Assembly: GCA_021299095.1 (NCBI GenBank)
Contig: JAJTFW010000002.1
Location: 138,133 to 202,132, forward strand
DNA length: 64,000 nt
Source: Sphingobacteriales bacterium
Lineage (GTDB): Bacteria > Bacteroidota > Bacteroidia > AKYH767-A > OLB10
Direction of reading: 5' to 3'
The notes under the pieces: model-generated
What the model was told of the DNA's origin: nothing
The model's input: only the letters and a program-made list of their open reading frames with translations
Databases searched by the model: none
In this document: one piece after another, positions 50,992 to 60,528 of the stretch
Layout of the letters: every line of letters starts with the position of its first letter
Numbering within the stretch: position 1 is the first letter of the stretch
Program-made: the position numbers and the translations under genes

Positions 50992-51017
50992 AAGCCGGCC
51001 ACAAGCCGGCTTTTTTT
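50992..51017 (+). terminator. Rho-independent terminator of the TBDT-lipoprotein operon
   Basis: aagccggc-cacaa-gccggctt followed by ttttt. Confidence 0.85.
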
Positions 51018-51090
51018 ATTCCGAAAGTGAAGCAGGCAACGCGAAGCTTCAATCCCTCAGTTACTTTTGCGGGCTCAAAGACCGTTTATC

Positions 51091-52617
51091 ATGCATGTCC
51101 AATTGCGTTCTGCCCTACTATCTGTTTATCACAAAGACGGGCTGGCGCCCTTGGTCGAACGACTGTATGCGCACAAAGTCAAACTGTTCGCCACCGGTGG
51201 GACCTATGATTTCATCCGTGAACTGGGCTTACCGGTAACAGCGGTTGAAGAAATAACCGGCTACCCCTCAATTCTTGGCGGAAGGGTGAAAACCCTTCAT
51301 CCTGCTGTTTTCGGAGGAATCCTGTCGAAGCGTGACGATGCCTCACACCTTGAAGAAATGAGCACGCACGGACTACCGGAGATCGACCTGGTGGTTGTGG
51401 ACTTGTACCCATTCGAGGCTACGGTCCAGTCGGGGGCAGGCGAAGTGGATATCATCGAAAAAATCGATATAGGCGGAATCAGCCTGATCCGGGCCGGAGC
51501 GAAGAACTTTCGCGATGTACTGATCATTCCTTCCCGCGACGAATATGGATTTTTAGGAGAAGTGCTTGAACGTGAGCAGCCGGTAACTACACTGGAAGAA
51601 AGACGCAGTCTGTCATTAAAAGCCTTTCAGGTCAGTAGCCGATACGACACCAGTATTGCCCGTTGGATGGAGCTGGGACACCTTGATTCAGAGGCCATTG
51701 TCACCGATCCGACACTGCCGGTTTTTCCGCTCCGTTATGGAGAAAATCCACACCAGCAGGCGGCGTTTGTTGGCCGATTGAATGATGCCTTTGAACAGGT
51801 CCATGGCAAAGACCTTAGCTACAACAACTTGCTGGATATAGATGCGGCCTTGGGGCTCATCCGAGAATTTGATGCCCCAACCATGGCCATACTCAAACAC
51901 AACAACGCCTGTGGATTGGCCAGTTCGTCTGACCTGTTGACAGCCTGGCACAATGCCCTTGCAGGCGATCCGGTATCGGCCTTTGGCGGCGTGTTGGTTT
52001 GTAACCGCAAGGTTGAACTTCCGGTGGCCGAGGCAATGGATAAACTTTTTTTCGAAGTTCTGATCGCACCCGAATTCGACGATGCAGCATATCAGATTCT
52101 AAAAGGAAAAAAGAATCGCATCTTATTGATAAGCAAAGGTTTTGATCAGCCAAAACGCTTATTCAGAAGCGTACTAAACGGGGTGTTGACACAAGAACCT
52201 GATCTAAACACGGAAGATGAACAATCATTCAAAACCGTATCCCGACAGGCCGTGACTCCAGGCCAAATTGCCGATTTGACCTTTGCCAACAAGATTGTAA
52301 AACACACAAAGAGCAATGCCATCGTACTGGCAAGTGAGGGACAATTGCTAGCCAGTGGAACTGGACAAACTTCGCGTGTTGATGCCTTGAACCAGGCCAT
52401 TGCCAAGGCCAGGCATTTTGGATTCACCCTCGAAGGAGCTGTGATGGCCTCGGATGCCTTTTTCCCATTCCCCGACTGCGTTGAACTTGCAGCAGCAGCG
52501 GGTGTAACCGCCATAATTCAGCCCGGAGGATCCCTGCGTGATCAGGATTCGATCGACGCCTGTGACAAACTTGGAATCGCGATGGTGACGACGGGAATTC
52601 GCCACTTCAAACACTAA
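51091..52617 (+). CDS. purH: Bifunctional AICAR transformylase/IMP cyclohydrolase
   Basis: ALLSVYHKDGL, GGRVKTLHP, IDIGG, LRYGENPHQ, SDAFFPF and RHFKH. TACTTTTG at 51062-51069. Confidence 0.98.
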   Translation: MHVQLRSALLSVYHKDGLAPLVERLYAHKVKLFATGGTYDFIRELGLPVTAVEEITGYPSILGGRVKTLHPAVFGGILSKRDDASHLEEMSTHGLPEIDLVVVDLYPFEATVQSGAGEVDIIEKIDIGGISLIRAGAKNFRDVLIIPSRDEYGFLGEVLEREQPVTTLEERRSLSLKAFQVSSRYDTSIARWMELGHLDSEAIVTDPTLPVFPLRYGENPHQQAAFVGRLNDAFEQVHGKDLSYNNLLDIDAALGLIREFDAPTMAILKHNNACGLASSSDLLTAWHNALAGDPVSAFGGVLVCNRKVELPVAEAMDKLFFEVLIAPEFDDAAYQILKGKKNRILLISKGFDQPKRLFRSVLNGVLTQEPDLNTEDEQSFKTVSRQAVTPGQIADLTFANKIVKHTKSNAIVLASEGQLLASGTGQTSRVDALNQAIAKARHFGFTLEGAVMASDAFFPFPDCVELAAAAGVTAIIQPGGSLRDQDSIDACDKLGIAMVTTGIRHFKH

Positions 52618-52756
52618 TTGATCGAAAGGGCCCCGGAGACCCGAGATTAGCCCTTATTCCGCTATCTTTCGCCACGGATTCGGGCACCTTCATTCGAAGG
52701 ACTTTGGATCCTAACCGAACACACCCTCCACCAGAAAGCTAAAACACAACCACTAC

Positions 52757-53779
52757 ATGGGACTCTTTGATTTCCTGACGCAGGAGATCGCCATCGATCT
52801 GGGAACCGCGAACACCCTCATCATTCACAACGACAAGGTAGTGGTGGATGAACCTTCAATCGTCGCTATCGACCGTATGACCGGCAAAGTGATTGCCGTT
52901 GGCAAACAGGCGATGATGATGCATGGTAAAACCCACGAAAACATCAAGACCGTGCGCCCGCTGAAAGACGGCGTAATTGCCGATTTCGAAGCTGCGGAAC
53001 AGATGATCAAGGGAATGATCCGAATGATCAGCACGGGAAGCCGGCTATTCAGTCCAAGCCTCCGCATGGTGATTTGCATTCCATCGGGCATCACCGAAGT
53101 TGAGAAGCGTGCAGTACGCGATTCTGCAGAACATGCGGGCGCCAAAGAGGTGTATCTCATCCATGAGCCGATGGCTGCTGCTATCGGTATCGGTATCGAT
53201 GTGGAAGAACCGATGGGCAATATGATCATTGATATCGGAGGTGGTACCAGTGAGATTGCCGTTATCGCCCTCGGCGGAATCGTCTGTGACCAAAGCATCC
53301 GCGTAGCTGGTGATGGATTCACCACTGACATCTGGGACTACATGCGCCGTCAACACAACATTCTCATTGGAGAACGCACTGCTGAACGCATCAAGATCGA
53401 AGTAGGTTCAGCCCTGCCTGAACTTGATAATGCACCGCCGGATTTCGCTGTGCATGGCCGCGACCTGATGACCGGTATTCCCAAAGAAATCACAGTGAGC
53501 TATCCTGAAATCGCTCACGCATTGGACAAGTCGATTAGTAAAATCGAGGAAGCCATTCTCAAAGCGCTCGAAATCACTCCACCCGAACTGTCCGCAGATA
53601 TTTTCCGGACCGGAATCTACCTCACCGGCGGTGGCGCTTTGCTTCGTGGTCTCGACCGACGCATATCCATGAAAACCAAACTGCCTGTTCACGTTGCCGA
53701 AGATCCATTGCGTGCGGTTGTTCGAGGTACGGGCATTGCGTTGAAGAACATTCACCGCTACAAATTCCTGCAACACTAA
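52757..53779 (+). CDS. mreB: Rod shape-determining protein MreB
   Basis: AIDLGTANT, RPLKDGVIADF, EPMAAAIG, DIGGGT and LTGGGALL. Confidence 0.98.
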   Translation: MGLFDFLTQEIAIDLGTANTLIIHNDKVVVDEPSIVAIDRMTGKVIAVGKQAMMMHGKTHENIKTVRPLKDGVIADFEAAEQMIKGMIRMISTGSRLFSPSLRMVICIPSGITEVEKRAVRDSAEHAGAKEVYLIHEPMAAAIGIGIDVEEPMGNMIIDIGGGTSEIAVIALGGIVCDQSIRVAGDGFTTDIWDYMRRQHNILIGERTAERIKIEVGSALPELDNAPPDFAVHGRDLMTGIPKEITVSYPEIAHALDKSISKIEEAILKALEITPPELSADIFRTGIYLTGGGALLRGLDRRISMKTKLPVHVAEDPLRAVVRGTGIALKNIHRYKFLQH

Positions 53780-53822
53780 ATCAACGCCGCAACCGGCAGC
53801 CTGAACCGAACGGAAGACAACG

Positions 53823-54665
53823 ATGAGGTTACTGTTCCTCCTGCTGTGGCGAAACAACTTCACCATTTTCTTTCTGCTGCTGCAGGTCATTAGCATCATC
53901 ATGCTTGTCCGTAGCAACCGCTACCAGCAGGCTACTGCATTCAATGCCACTAACCGGTTTGTTACACAAACCACTGGAGCCGTCAACAATGCCCGCGAGT
54001 TCATCTCTCTACGCGATGAGAATGCGCGGCTTGCCGAGGAAAATGCGAAATTGAGAGCAAGACTGAACGAGTCAGCCTACCTGCGCGACACCCTGACCAT
54101 TCGAATAAATGACACCATCCGACATCAGCAATACGAATACATGCCGGCACGTGTGGTGAACAATTCGGTCAACCGCAGGAACAATTACCTCACACTAAAT
54201 CGCGGCTCAATCGACGGAATACGACCTGAGATGGGTGTCATCAGTACGAATGGGGTGGTGGGTATCGTACATCGTGTATCGGACAACTACTGCACAGTTA
54301 TTTCACTGCTCAATGAAAAAACCAGCGTATCGGCGATGATCAGCCGCAACCGTTTTTTCGGATCTGTGCGCTGGGACGGGAAATCACCTGGACGCGTTAC
54401 GCTTTACGAAATCGACAAGACGGTACCTGTCCGAAAAGGCGATTCGGTGGTCACCACAGCTTATTCTGCCCTGTTCCCCTCTGGTATTTTCATGGGCAAA
54501 GTTGATCATATCGCGATCGAACCTGGATCACCATTCTACAAACTCGGCATTCGCCTGGCGACCGATTTCTCCAACCTGTCGCGTGTCTATATCGTAAAGA
54601 ACCTCTACAAGGATGAACAACGTATTCTTGAAGAGAAAAATGAAATGAAGGAGGATCAGCCATGA
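53823..54665 (+). CDS. mreC: Rod shape-determining protein MreC
   Basis: TM plus coiled coil (LRDENARLAEENAKL), LNRGSIDGI...GVVG. Position in the mre operon. Confidence 0.93.
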   Translation: MRLLFLLLWRNNFTIFFLLLQVISIIMLVRSNRYQQATAFNATNRFVTQTTGAVNNAREFISLRDENARLAEENAKLRARLNESAYLRDTLTIRINDTIRHQQYEYMPARVVNNSVNRRNNYLTLNRGSIDGIRPEMGVISTNGVVGIVHRVSDNYCTVISLLNEKTSVSAMISRNRFFGSVRWDGKSPGRVTLYEIDKTVPVRKGDSVVTTAYSALFPSGIFMGKVDHIAIEPGSPFYKLGIRLATDFSNLSRVYIVKNLYKDEQRILEEKNEMKEDQP

Positions 54666-55177
54666 TCATTACCGTACTCAGGCTACTACTTCAATTCATC
54701 GTGTTGATGGGGATTCAGGTTGTTATTTTAAACAACGTACGGCTTGGTGCGTTTATCAACCCCTTCCTATACGTCTTATTCCTTCTTTCCTTACCAGTCA
54801 ATACGCCGAAATTACTGCTGCTCCCACTGGCCTTTTTCACCGGGCTTATTGCCGATATGTTTCAGAATACCCCTGGAATGCATGCATCGGCCTGCCTGCT
54901 GCTCGTATATTGCAGGCCATCGTGGTTAAGCATCCTGGCACCCAGAGAAGGCTACGAACCTGACATGACCCCAGGACTGCGCAGTATGGGCCTCGGCTGG
55001 TATATCGCCTATGCGGGCGGCTTGATTTTCATGCATCACTTCCTGTTGTTTTTTTTGGAGATTTTCCGGTTATCGGAGATTGGATCCACGCTGGCAAGAA
55101 TCGGATTGAGCAGCTGCGTAACACTGTCGCTTGTCACCATTGCACAGTTCCTGAGTTTTAACCCCAAGAACAACTGA
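54662..55177 (+). CDS. mreD: Rod shape-determining protein MreD
   Basis: Polytopic membrane protein with INPFLY..F and GMHASA motifs, between mreC and mrdA. Confidence 0.88.
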   Translation: MIITVLRLLLQFIVLMGIQVVILNNVRLGAFINPFLYVLFLLSLPVNTPKLLLLPLAFFTGLIADMFQNTPGMHASACLLLVYCRPSWLSILAPREGYEPDMTPGLRSMGLGWYIAYAGGLIFMHHFLLFFLEIFRLSEIGSTLARIGLSSCVTLSLVTIAQFLSFNPKNN

Positions 55178-55184
55178 ACGGCCC

Positions 55185-57116
55185 ATGTACAATCCCGGCG
55201 CAAACCAACGTCTGGTCATTTTAGGGATATTCACGGCCGTTATACTGATTTTCATTGCCCGCCTGTTTTATGTGCAGGTGATAAACGAAAGCTATACCGT
55301 ATCTGCAAACAACAATGTGTTGCGGTATCTTACTGATTATCCCGCTCGAGGTCTTATTTATGACCGCAAGGGAAAAGTATTGGCCTACAACCAAGCGGTG
55401 TACGACCTCATGGTCATCCCACGCCAAGTGATTGGATTGGACACCGCGGAGTTCTGTACTTTGCTCGACATTGACCGGACTGTCTTTGAAGAGAAAATGA
55501 AAAAGGCCAAGTCGTTCTCGAGGGTCAAGGCCAGCATCTTCGAAAAACAGATTTCTGCAGAAACCTTCGCGACTTTCCAGGAGAAACTTTACAAGTTCAG
55601 GGGCTTTTTCGTGCAACCCCGAACCCTTCGGAAATACCCAAACAACACAGCAGCACATGTCCTGGGATATATCGGAGAGGTGAACGACGGGGTCATCAAG
55701 AAAAACCCCTACTACCGTAGCGGGGATTACATCGGTATCAGCGGTGTTGAACAGAGCTATGAGATAGAATTGCGGGGGCAGCGTGGAGTACGCATCGTGA
55801 TGGTTGACGTGTTTAACCGCGAAAAGGGCAGCTACAAAATGGGGCTGTATGATACCATTGCGGTTGCAGGTAAAAACCTGGTTTCTACGCTTGATGCCGA
55901 TTTACAGGCATATGGTGAAGCATTGCTGGCCAATAAAACCGGATCACTGGTGGCCATTGAACCCAAGACTGGTGAAATCCTCGCCTTGGTTTCTAGCCCT
56001 TCTTACGATCCCAACCTGCTGGTTGGACGTGTCAGGTCACGCAACTACTCCGGTCTACTCAAAGATCCATCCAAGCCTCTGTTCAACCGGGCTATGCAGG
56101 CTTACTATCCTCCTGGATCCACCTTCAAACTGACCAATGCACTTGCTGCGATGCAAGAGGAAATCCTGAATCCAGGTTCATCCTTCCCACATTCCTTTGT
56201 GGTAGGAAGCAAGAGTGTCAAATGCCACCCTCACCCACCGATTGCGCTCGAAGGTGCCATTCAGTACTCGTGCAATCCGTATTTCTGTAACACATTCAGG
56301 GCATTTATCGATAACAGAAAATTCGGTAGCAGCGAAAATGGATACCGTATCTGGCGCGATTACCAAATGAGTTTCGGAATCGGTAAAAAAATCGGTGTTG
56401 ACATGCCGCATGAGCTTAAAGGCCTTATTCCTTCGGTTGACTTCTACAATAAGATTTATGGAAAGGGACGTTGGAAAGCCTCTACCATCTACTCTCTCGG
56501 TATAGGACAAGGTGAATTAGGAATCACTCCACTTCAGATGGCTAATATCGTGTGTGTCATTGCCAACAAAGGATACTATTACACCCCACATATCATTAAG
56601 AAAATCGGGAATGAACGCAACACCAGTCGCAACCTGGCGCAGCGCCACCAAACCATGATTGACCCCAATCACTTTGATGTGGTACAGGATGGCATGCAAC
56701 GTGTTGTAGAGGCGGGAACAGCACGGGTAGCTCAATTCGATTCCATTACCATTTGTGGCAAAACAGGAACTGCACAAAACCCACACGGTAAAGACCACAG
56801 CTTGTTTGTCGCATTTGCCCCTCGCGAAAATCCGCAGATAGCCATCGCAGTTATGGTGGAGAATGCCGGATTCGGCGCTACATGGGCTGCTCCAATAGCC
56901 AGCTTGTTGATGGAGAAATACCTGCAGGACAGCGTGAAACGCAAAGAACTGGAGGAGCGCATGCTTAAGGGCGTTATTGATCCACTCAAGGGAGAGAAAC
57001 CAGAGGACGATGAATCCAACAAAGAGGCGGATACAGCTACAAATGGCTCGGTGAAAAAGAAAACAATTGCTGCCATTGAGCCGCGCAAAACCTCAATTCC
57101 GACACAAAAGCGGTGA
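55185..57116 (+). CDS. mrdA: Penicillin-binding protein 2
   Basis: RGLIYDR, YPPGSTFK (SxxK), SCN (SxN) and KTGTAQN. Confidence 0.96.
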   Translation: MYNPGANQRLVILGIFTAVILIFIARLFYVQVINESYTVSANNNVLRYLTDYPARGLIYDRKGKVLAYNQAVYDLMVIPRQVIGLDTAEFCTLLDIDRTVFEEKMKKAKSFSRVKASIFEKQISAETFATFQEKLYKFRGFFVQPRTLRKYPNNTAAHVLGYIGEVNDGVIKKNPYYRSGDYIGISGVEQSYEIELRGQRGVRIVMVDVFNREKGSYKMGLYDTIAVAGKNLVSTLDADLQAYGEALLANKTGSLVAIEPKTGEILALVSSPSYDPNLLVGRVRSRNYSGLLKDPSKPLFNRAMQAYYPPGSTFKLTNALAAMQEEILNPGSSFPHSFVVGSKSVKCHPHPPIALEGAIQYSCNPYFCNTFRAFIDNRKFGSSENGYRIWRDYQMSFGIGKKIGVDMPHELKGLIPSVDFYNKIYGKGRWKASTIYSLGIGQGELGITPLQMANIVCVIANKGYYYTPHIIKKIGNERNTSRNLAQRHQTMIDPNHFDVVQDGMQRVVEAGTARVAQFDSITICGKTGTAQNPHGKDHSLFVAFAPRENPQIAIAVMVENAGFGATWAAPIASLLMEKYLQDSVKRKELEERMLKGVIDPLKGEKPEDDESNKEADTATNGSVKKKTIAAIEPRKTSIPTQKR

Positions 57117-58375
57117 GAACTCAAAAAAACATTTTTGAAAACATTGACTGGGTACTTGTCGGGCTCTACCTTGTCCTGGTTTTTGCAGGCTGGATCAACA
57201 TTTACGCCGCAGTCTTCAACGAGGAGCACAGCAGCATTCTCGACATGAGCCAGAATTACGGCCGACAACTGCTTTGGATCGGTACATCCGTATTGATCGG
57301 ACTTGCCATCTTGGTTATCGACGGAAAATTCTACGCTGCATTTTCCTATCCGATATATATTATCATTCTCCTGGGATTACTTGTTGTGTTGGTAATCGCA
57401 CGCGATGTGCAGGGAGCAAGATCATGGATTGAGATCGGCAGTTTCAAACTCCAGCCATCAGAGTTTGCAAAGTTTGCCACGAATATGGCTTTGGCGAAAT
57501 ACCTGAGTTCACTTGGCATTCGCATGGAGGACATGAAAACCAAACTCTATGCGGGACTCATCATTTTGATCCCCATGTCGCTTGTGTTACTGCAAAACGA
57601 CACCGGTTCAGCACTCGTATTCATTTCATTCATTTTTGTGATGTATCGCGAAGGCTTATCACAAAACGTCCTCATCTTCGGATTCTTTACGGGCATTCTT
57701 TTCGTACTTGCATTGATGGTTCCCAATCCTATTCTGTTGGGAATCCTGGTCGGCATCGGACTCATCTTTTGGATGCTGATGCGCAAAACCCGAAAGAACT
57801 TCCTTGCCATATTACTGCTCACCGGCTTGTGCTGTGGCATGGTGTTGAGCGTAGACTATGCGTTCAACACCGTACTCCAACCCCACCAACGAGAACGTAT
57901 TGAAGTGCTTCTCGGAAAACGTTCGGACCCGAAAGGTGCAGGATACAACGTAAACCAAAGTCTGATTGCCATCGGATCGGGAGGTCTAAGCGGAAAAGGC
58001 TTTTTGCAAGGTACTCAGACCAAATACGATTTTGTACCCGAACAGAGCACCGACTTTATTTTCTGTACTGTAGGAGAAGAATGGGGCTTTATGGGCACAA
58101 CAGCTGTTTTAGTCTTTTTCCTCGGATTACTCTATCGGATAATTTTCATTGCAGAGCGACAACGATCCACTTACACCCGCATCTATGCCTATGGAGTGGC
58201 GTCCATTCTTTTCTTTCACCTGATGATCAATGTAGGGATGGCCATCGGGCTGGCTCCGGTTATTGGTATTCCACTGCCCTTTTTCAGTTATGGCGGATCC
58301 TCTTTGTGGAGCTTTACCGTATTGCTGTTCGTATTGATCAAGCTGGACAGTTACCGGATGTACATTTTGCGGTAA
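57113..58375 (+). CDS. rodA: Peptidoglycan glycosyltransferase RodA (SEDS)
   Basis: QPSEFAK, QNDTGSA, GYNVNQS.IAIGSGG, TDFIF and PFFSYGGSS. Confidence 0.96.
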   Translation: MRTQKNIFENIDWVLVGLYLVLVFAGWINIYAAVFNEEHSSILDMSQNYGRQLLWIGTSVLIGLAILVIDGKFYAAFSYPIYIIILLGLLVVLVIARDVQGARSWIEIGSFKLQPSEFAKFATNMALAKYLSSLGIRMEDMKTKLYAGLIILIPMSLVLLQNDTGSALVFISFIFVMYREGLSQNVLIFGFFTGILFVLALMVPNPILLGILVGIGLIFWMLMRKTRKNFLAILLLTGLCCGMVLSVDYAFNTVLQPHQRERIEVLLGKRSDPKGAGYNVNQSLIAIGSGGLSGKGFLQGTQTKYDFVPEQSTDFIFCTVGEEWGFMGTTAVLVFFLGLLYRIIFIAERQRSTYTRIYAYGVASILFFHLMINVGMAIGLAPVIGIPLPFFSYGGSSLWSFTVLLFVLIKLDSYRMYILR

Positions 58376-58379
58376 TGCA

Positions 58380-59624
58380 TCACAATTGAATTCGCTTTCT
58401 AATGCCCTCCACAATTCGGGTTGTTGCGCCAGCCTTCGAGCGAACGAAATTTTCTGCAGCTGCTGATGAACGCTCAAAACGACCAGCATCTTCCTCCCAG
58501 CGACGAACGCAGGAGATAGCATCAGCAACCGTATTGACTGCCTCTGCTGCACCGCAGTCGATTAAGCCACAGGCCTCCCGAAACTTCTTGTAATTCGGAC
58601 CAAAAAGCACAGGGTGACCATACACTGCAGCCTCGAGCGTATTGTGTATTCCAGCACCGAATCCACCGCCGATGTAGGAAACAGTTGAAAAACGATACAA
58701 TCTTGAGAGCATTCCAACGGAATCGATGATCATTACCCGGTAATGTGAATATCCTTCTCGGGAGTTAGTTGAAGAATATTGAATCACATCAGGACCGAAT
58801 TGCAGAGCTAGTTTTTCGATCCGGCCTGCTGACATCTGATGTGGCGCAATCACCAATTTCCACTTCGGAAAGGCCTTTATCCAATCCGACAACAACTCCT
58901 CATCGGGGGGCCAGGTACTTCCGGCAACTAGAACCGGCGCGCCTGAGCAGAACGAATGGATGGCGGGAAAATCGGATGTCATCGAGGGCAACTGCAGTAC
59001 ACGATCGAAGCGCGTATCGCCACTCACTACCACATGCTCAATGCCGATTTCGGCAAGGCGTTTTTGTGAACCCTCGTCCTGCACGAAAATCACCTCGAAG
59101 CGCTTCAGGATCGAACGAAACAATCGGCCATACCACCGAAAGAAGACCTGACCGTCGCGGAATATGGCTGAAATGCAGAAGAACGGAATCCTTCGGCGAT
59201 GAAGCTCCAGCGAATAGAAATACCAGAATTCATATTTGACGAAAACCGCCGTAGCAGGATTCAGTATTTCGAGAAAATCACGGGAGGATCTGGGTCCATC
59301 CAACGGAAGGTACACCACAAGATCAGCAAGTCCGGATGCATTTTGATGCCTATAACCGGAAGGCGAAAAAAAACTCAAAACAATTCCAGCCTTCGGGTAT
59401 CTGAGACGCAATGCTTCAAGCACCGGTCTGCCCTGTTCGAATTCACCGAGCGAGGCGCAGTGCATCCAAATTCGTTGTTCTGGAATACCACTCAAGTCTT
59501 TTAACAGCCTACTCCTCCAGTTCTTCCGTCCTTCCACCCAATCCCGGGCTTTGGGCGAAAAAAATGCAGCCATCCGGATTGAACCGCCATACAGGAAAAT
59601 CAAGAAGGTATAAATGAACTTCAC
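58380..59624 (-). CDS. waaA: 3-deoxy-D-manno-octulosonic acid transferase
   Basis: WMHCASLGEFEQGRP, SFFSPSGY, YLPLD, KYEFW, GDTRFD, AGSTW and HNTLEAA. GTG start at 59624. Confidence 0.93.
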   Translation of the reverse strand: MKFIYTFLIFLYGGSIRMAAFFSPKARDWVEGRKNWRSRLLKDLSGIPEQRIWMHCASLGEFEQGRPVLEALRLRYPKAGIVLSFFSPSGYRHQNASGLADLVVYLPLDGPRSSRDFLEILNPATAVFVKYEFWYFYSLELHRRRIPFFCISAIFRDGQVFFRWYGRLFRSILKRFEVIFVQDEGSQKRLAEIGIEHVVVSGDTRFDRVLQLPSMTSDFPAIHSFCSGAPVLVAGSTWPPDEELLSDWIKAFPKWKLVIAPHQMSAGRIEKLALQFGPDVIQYSSTNSREGYSHYRVMIIDSVGMLSRLYRFSTVSYIGGGFGAGIHNTLEAAVYGHPVLFGPNYKKFREACGLIDCGAAEAVNTVADAISCVRRWEEDAGRFERSSAAAENFVRSKAGATTRIVEGIRKRIQL

Positions 59625-59631
59625 CGGCCAA

Positions 59632-60405
59632 TCAGTACATGTAAAATGGATCCGGAGCTTCCTTGAACAAGGCAATAATCCAACCCACCCTCAAACCAAA
59701 CAACAAATCAATCCGGGGAGCATCATCTACGGACATGGTGCTGTAATTGTAAGAGCGCCTAGATGCGGTGAAGCCCTGAATGGCTTCAACCCCACCGTAA
59801 AAATTCACGAGCCGTCGGTTGCCCACATGCAAGTAACCAACAAACTGCCTGAGTGCGACACCATTGGTTAAACGATCATATCCCTTTACATAAGGGTCTC
59901 GCACGGCCGGCACAGCGTTTTTCTTATCGTCAATTTTGATTTTGTGTTGCATGAATCCCAGTCCGGTTTCCACAACAAAACCGCAGTTGGGGTTCGGTTT
60001 CTTGACGGGGAACAACTTTGAAAGCGTGGCCATGACAGTGTAACCACGCTCGAACAAACGGATATCTCCATAGAGACCATCCACACCCACGATTGTTCCT
60101 TCTGCAGTGGTCAAACCGGTAAATACGCCCTGCTCCTTGATTTTAGAACCGAAGAACAAGGTGGCTTCAGCTCCGAGAATCCAGCCGTTAGCCCACTTGT
60201 ACCCTGCGGCCATACCGATGGATTGATTCATTCCGAACCGTGATGCCAGATCACCGCTAGGGGCCTGTAGTGCAAAGCTTGGCCGAATCATGACCATGCC
60301 TACGGCTGAGTCCTTCACACTGACCTGGGCCGAAACGGATCCAGAAACCAGAATCATCAGGTACAAAAGCAAGCGATTGTGCGCTGTAAACGGGGCTTTT
60401 GTCAT
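59632..60405 (-). CDS. Putative outer-membrane beta-barrel protein
   Basis: Signal peptide (VSAQ) and alternating amphipathic strands (e.g. LLFGLRVGWIIAL). TACTTTTG at 60411-60418. Confidence 0.7.
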   Translation of the reverse strand: MTKAPFTAHNRLLLYLMILVSGSVSAQVSVKDSAVGMVMIRPSFALQAPSGDLASRFGMNQSIGMAAGYKWANGWILGAEATLFFGSKIKEQGVFTGLTTAEGTIVGVDGLYGDIRLFERGYTVMATLSKLFPVKKPNPNCGFVVETGLGFMQHKIKIDDKKNAVPAVRDPYVKGYDRLTNGVALRQFVGYLHVGNRRLVNFYGGVEAIQGFTASRRSYNYSTMSVDDAPRIDLLFGLRVGWIIALFKEAPDPFYMY

Positions 60406-60528
60406 GCGGTCAAAAGTAGGGATTCGGCAGAGGAGGACAAAGCCTCTAATTTCGTATCTTTGTGGGTCTTAGACAGCCCTCTCGAACCTGAGTGTCAGGC
60501 TTTTAAACCCAAAGAACCGCCTTCATCG

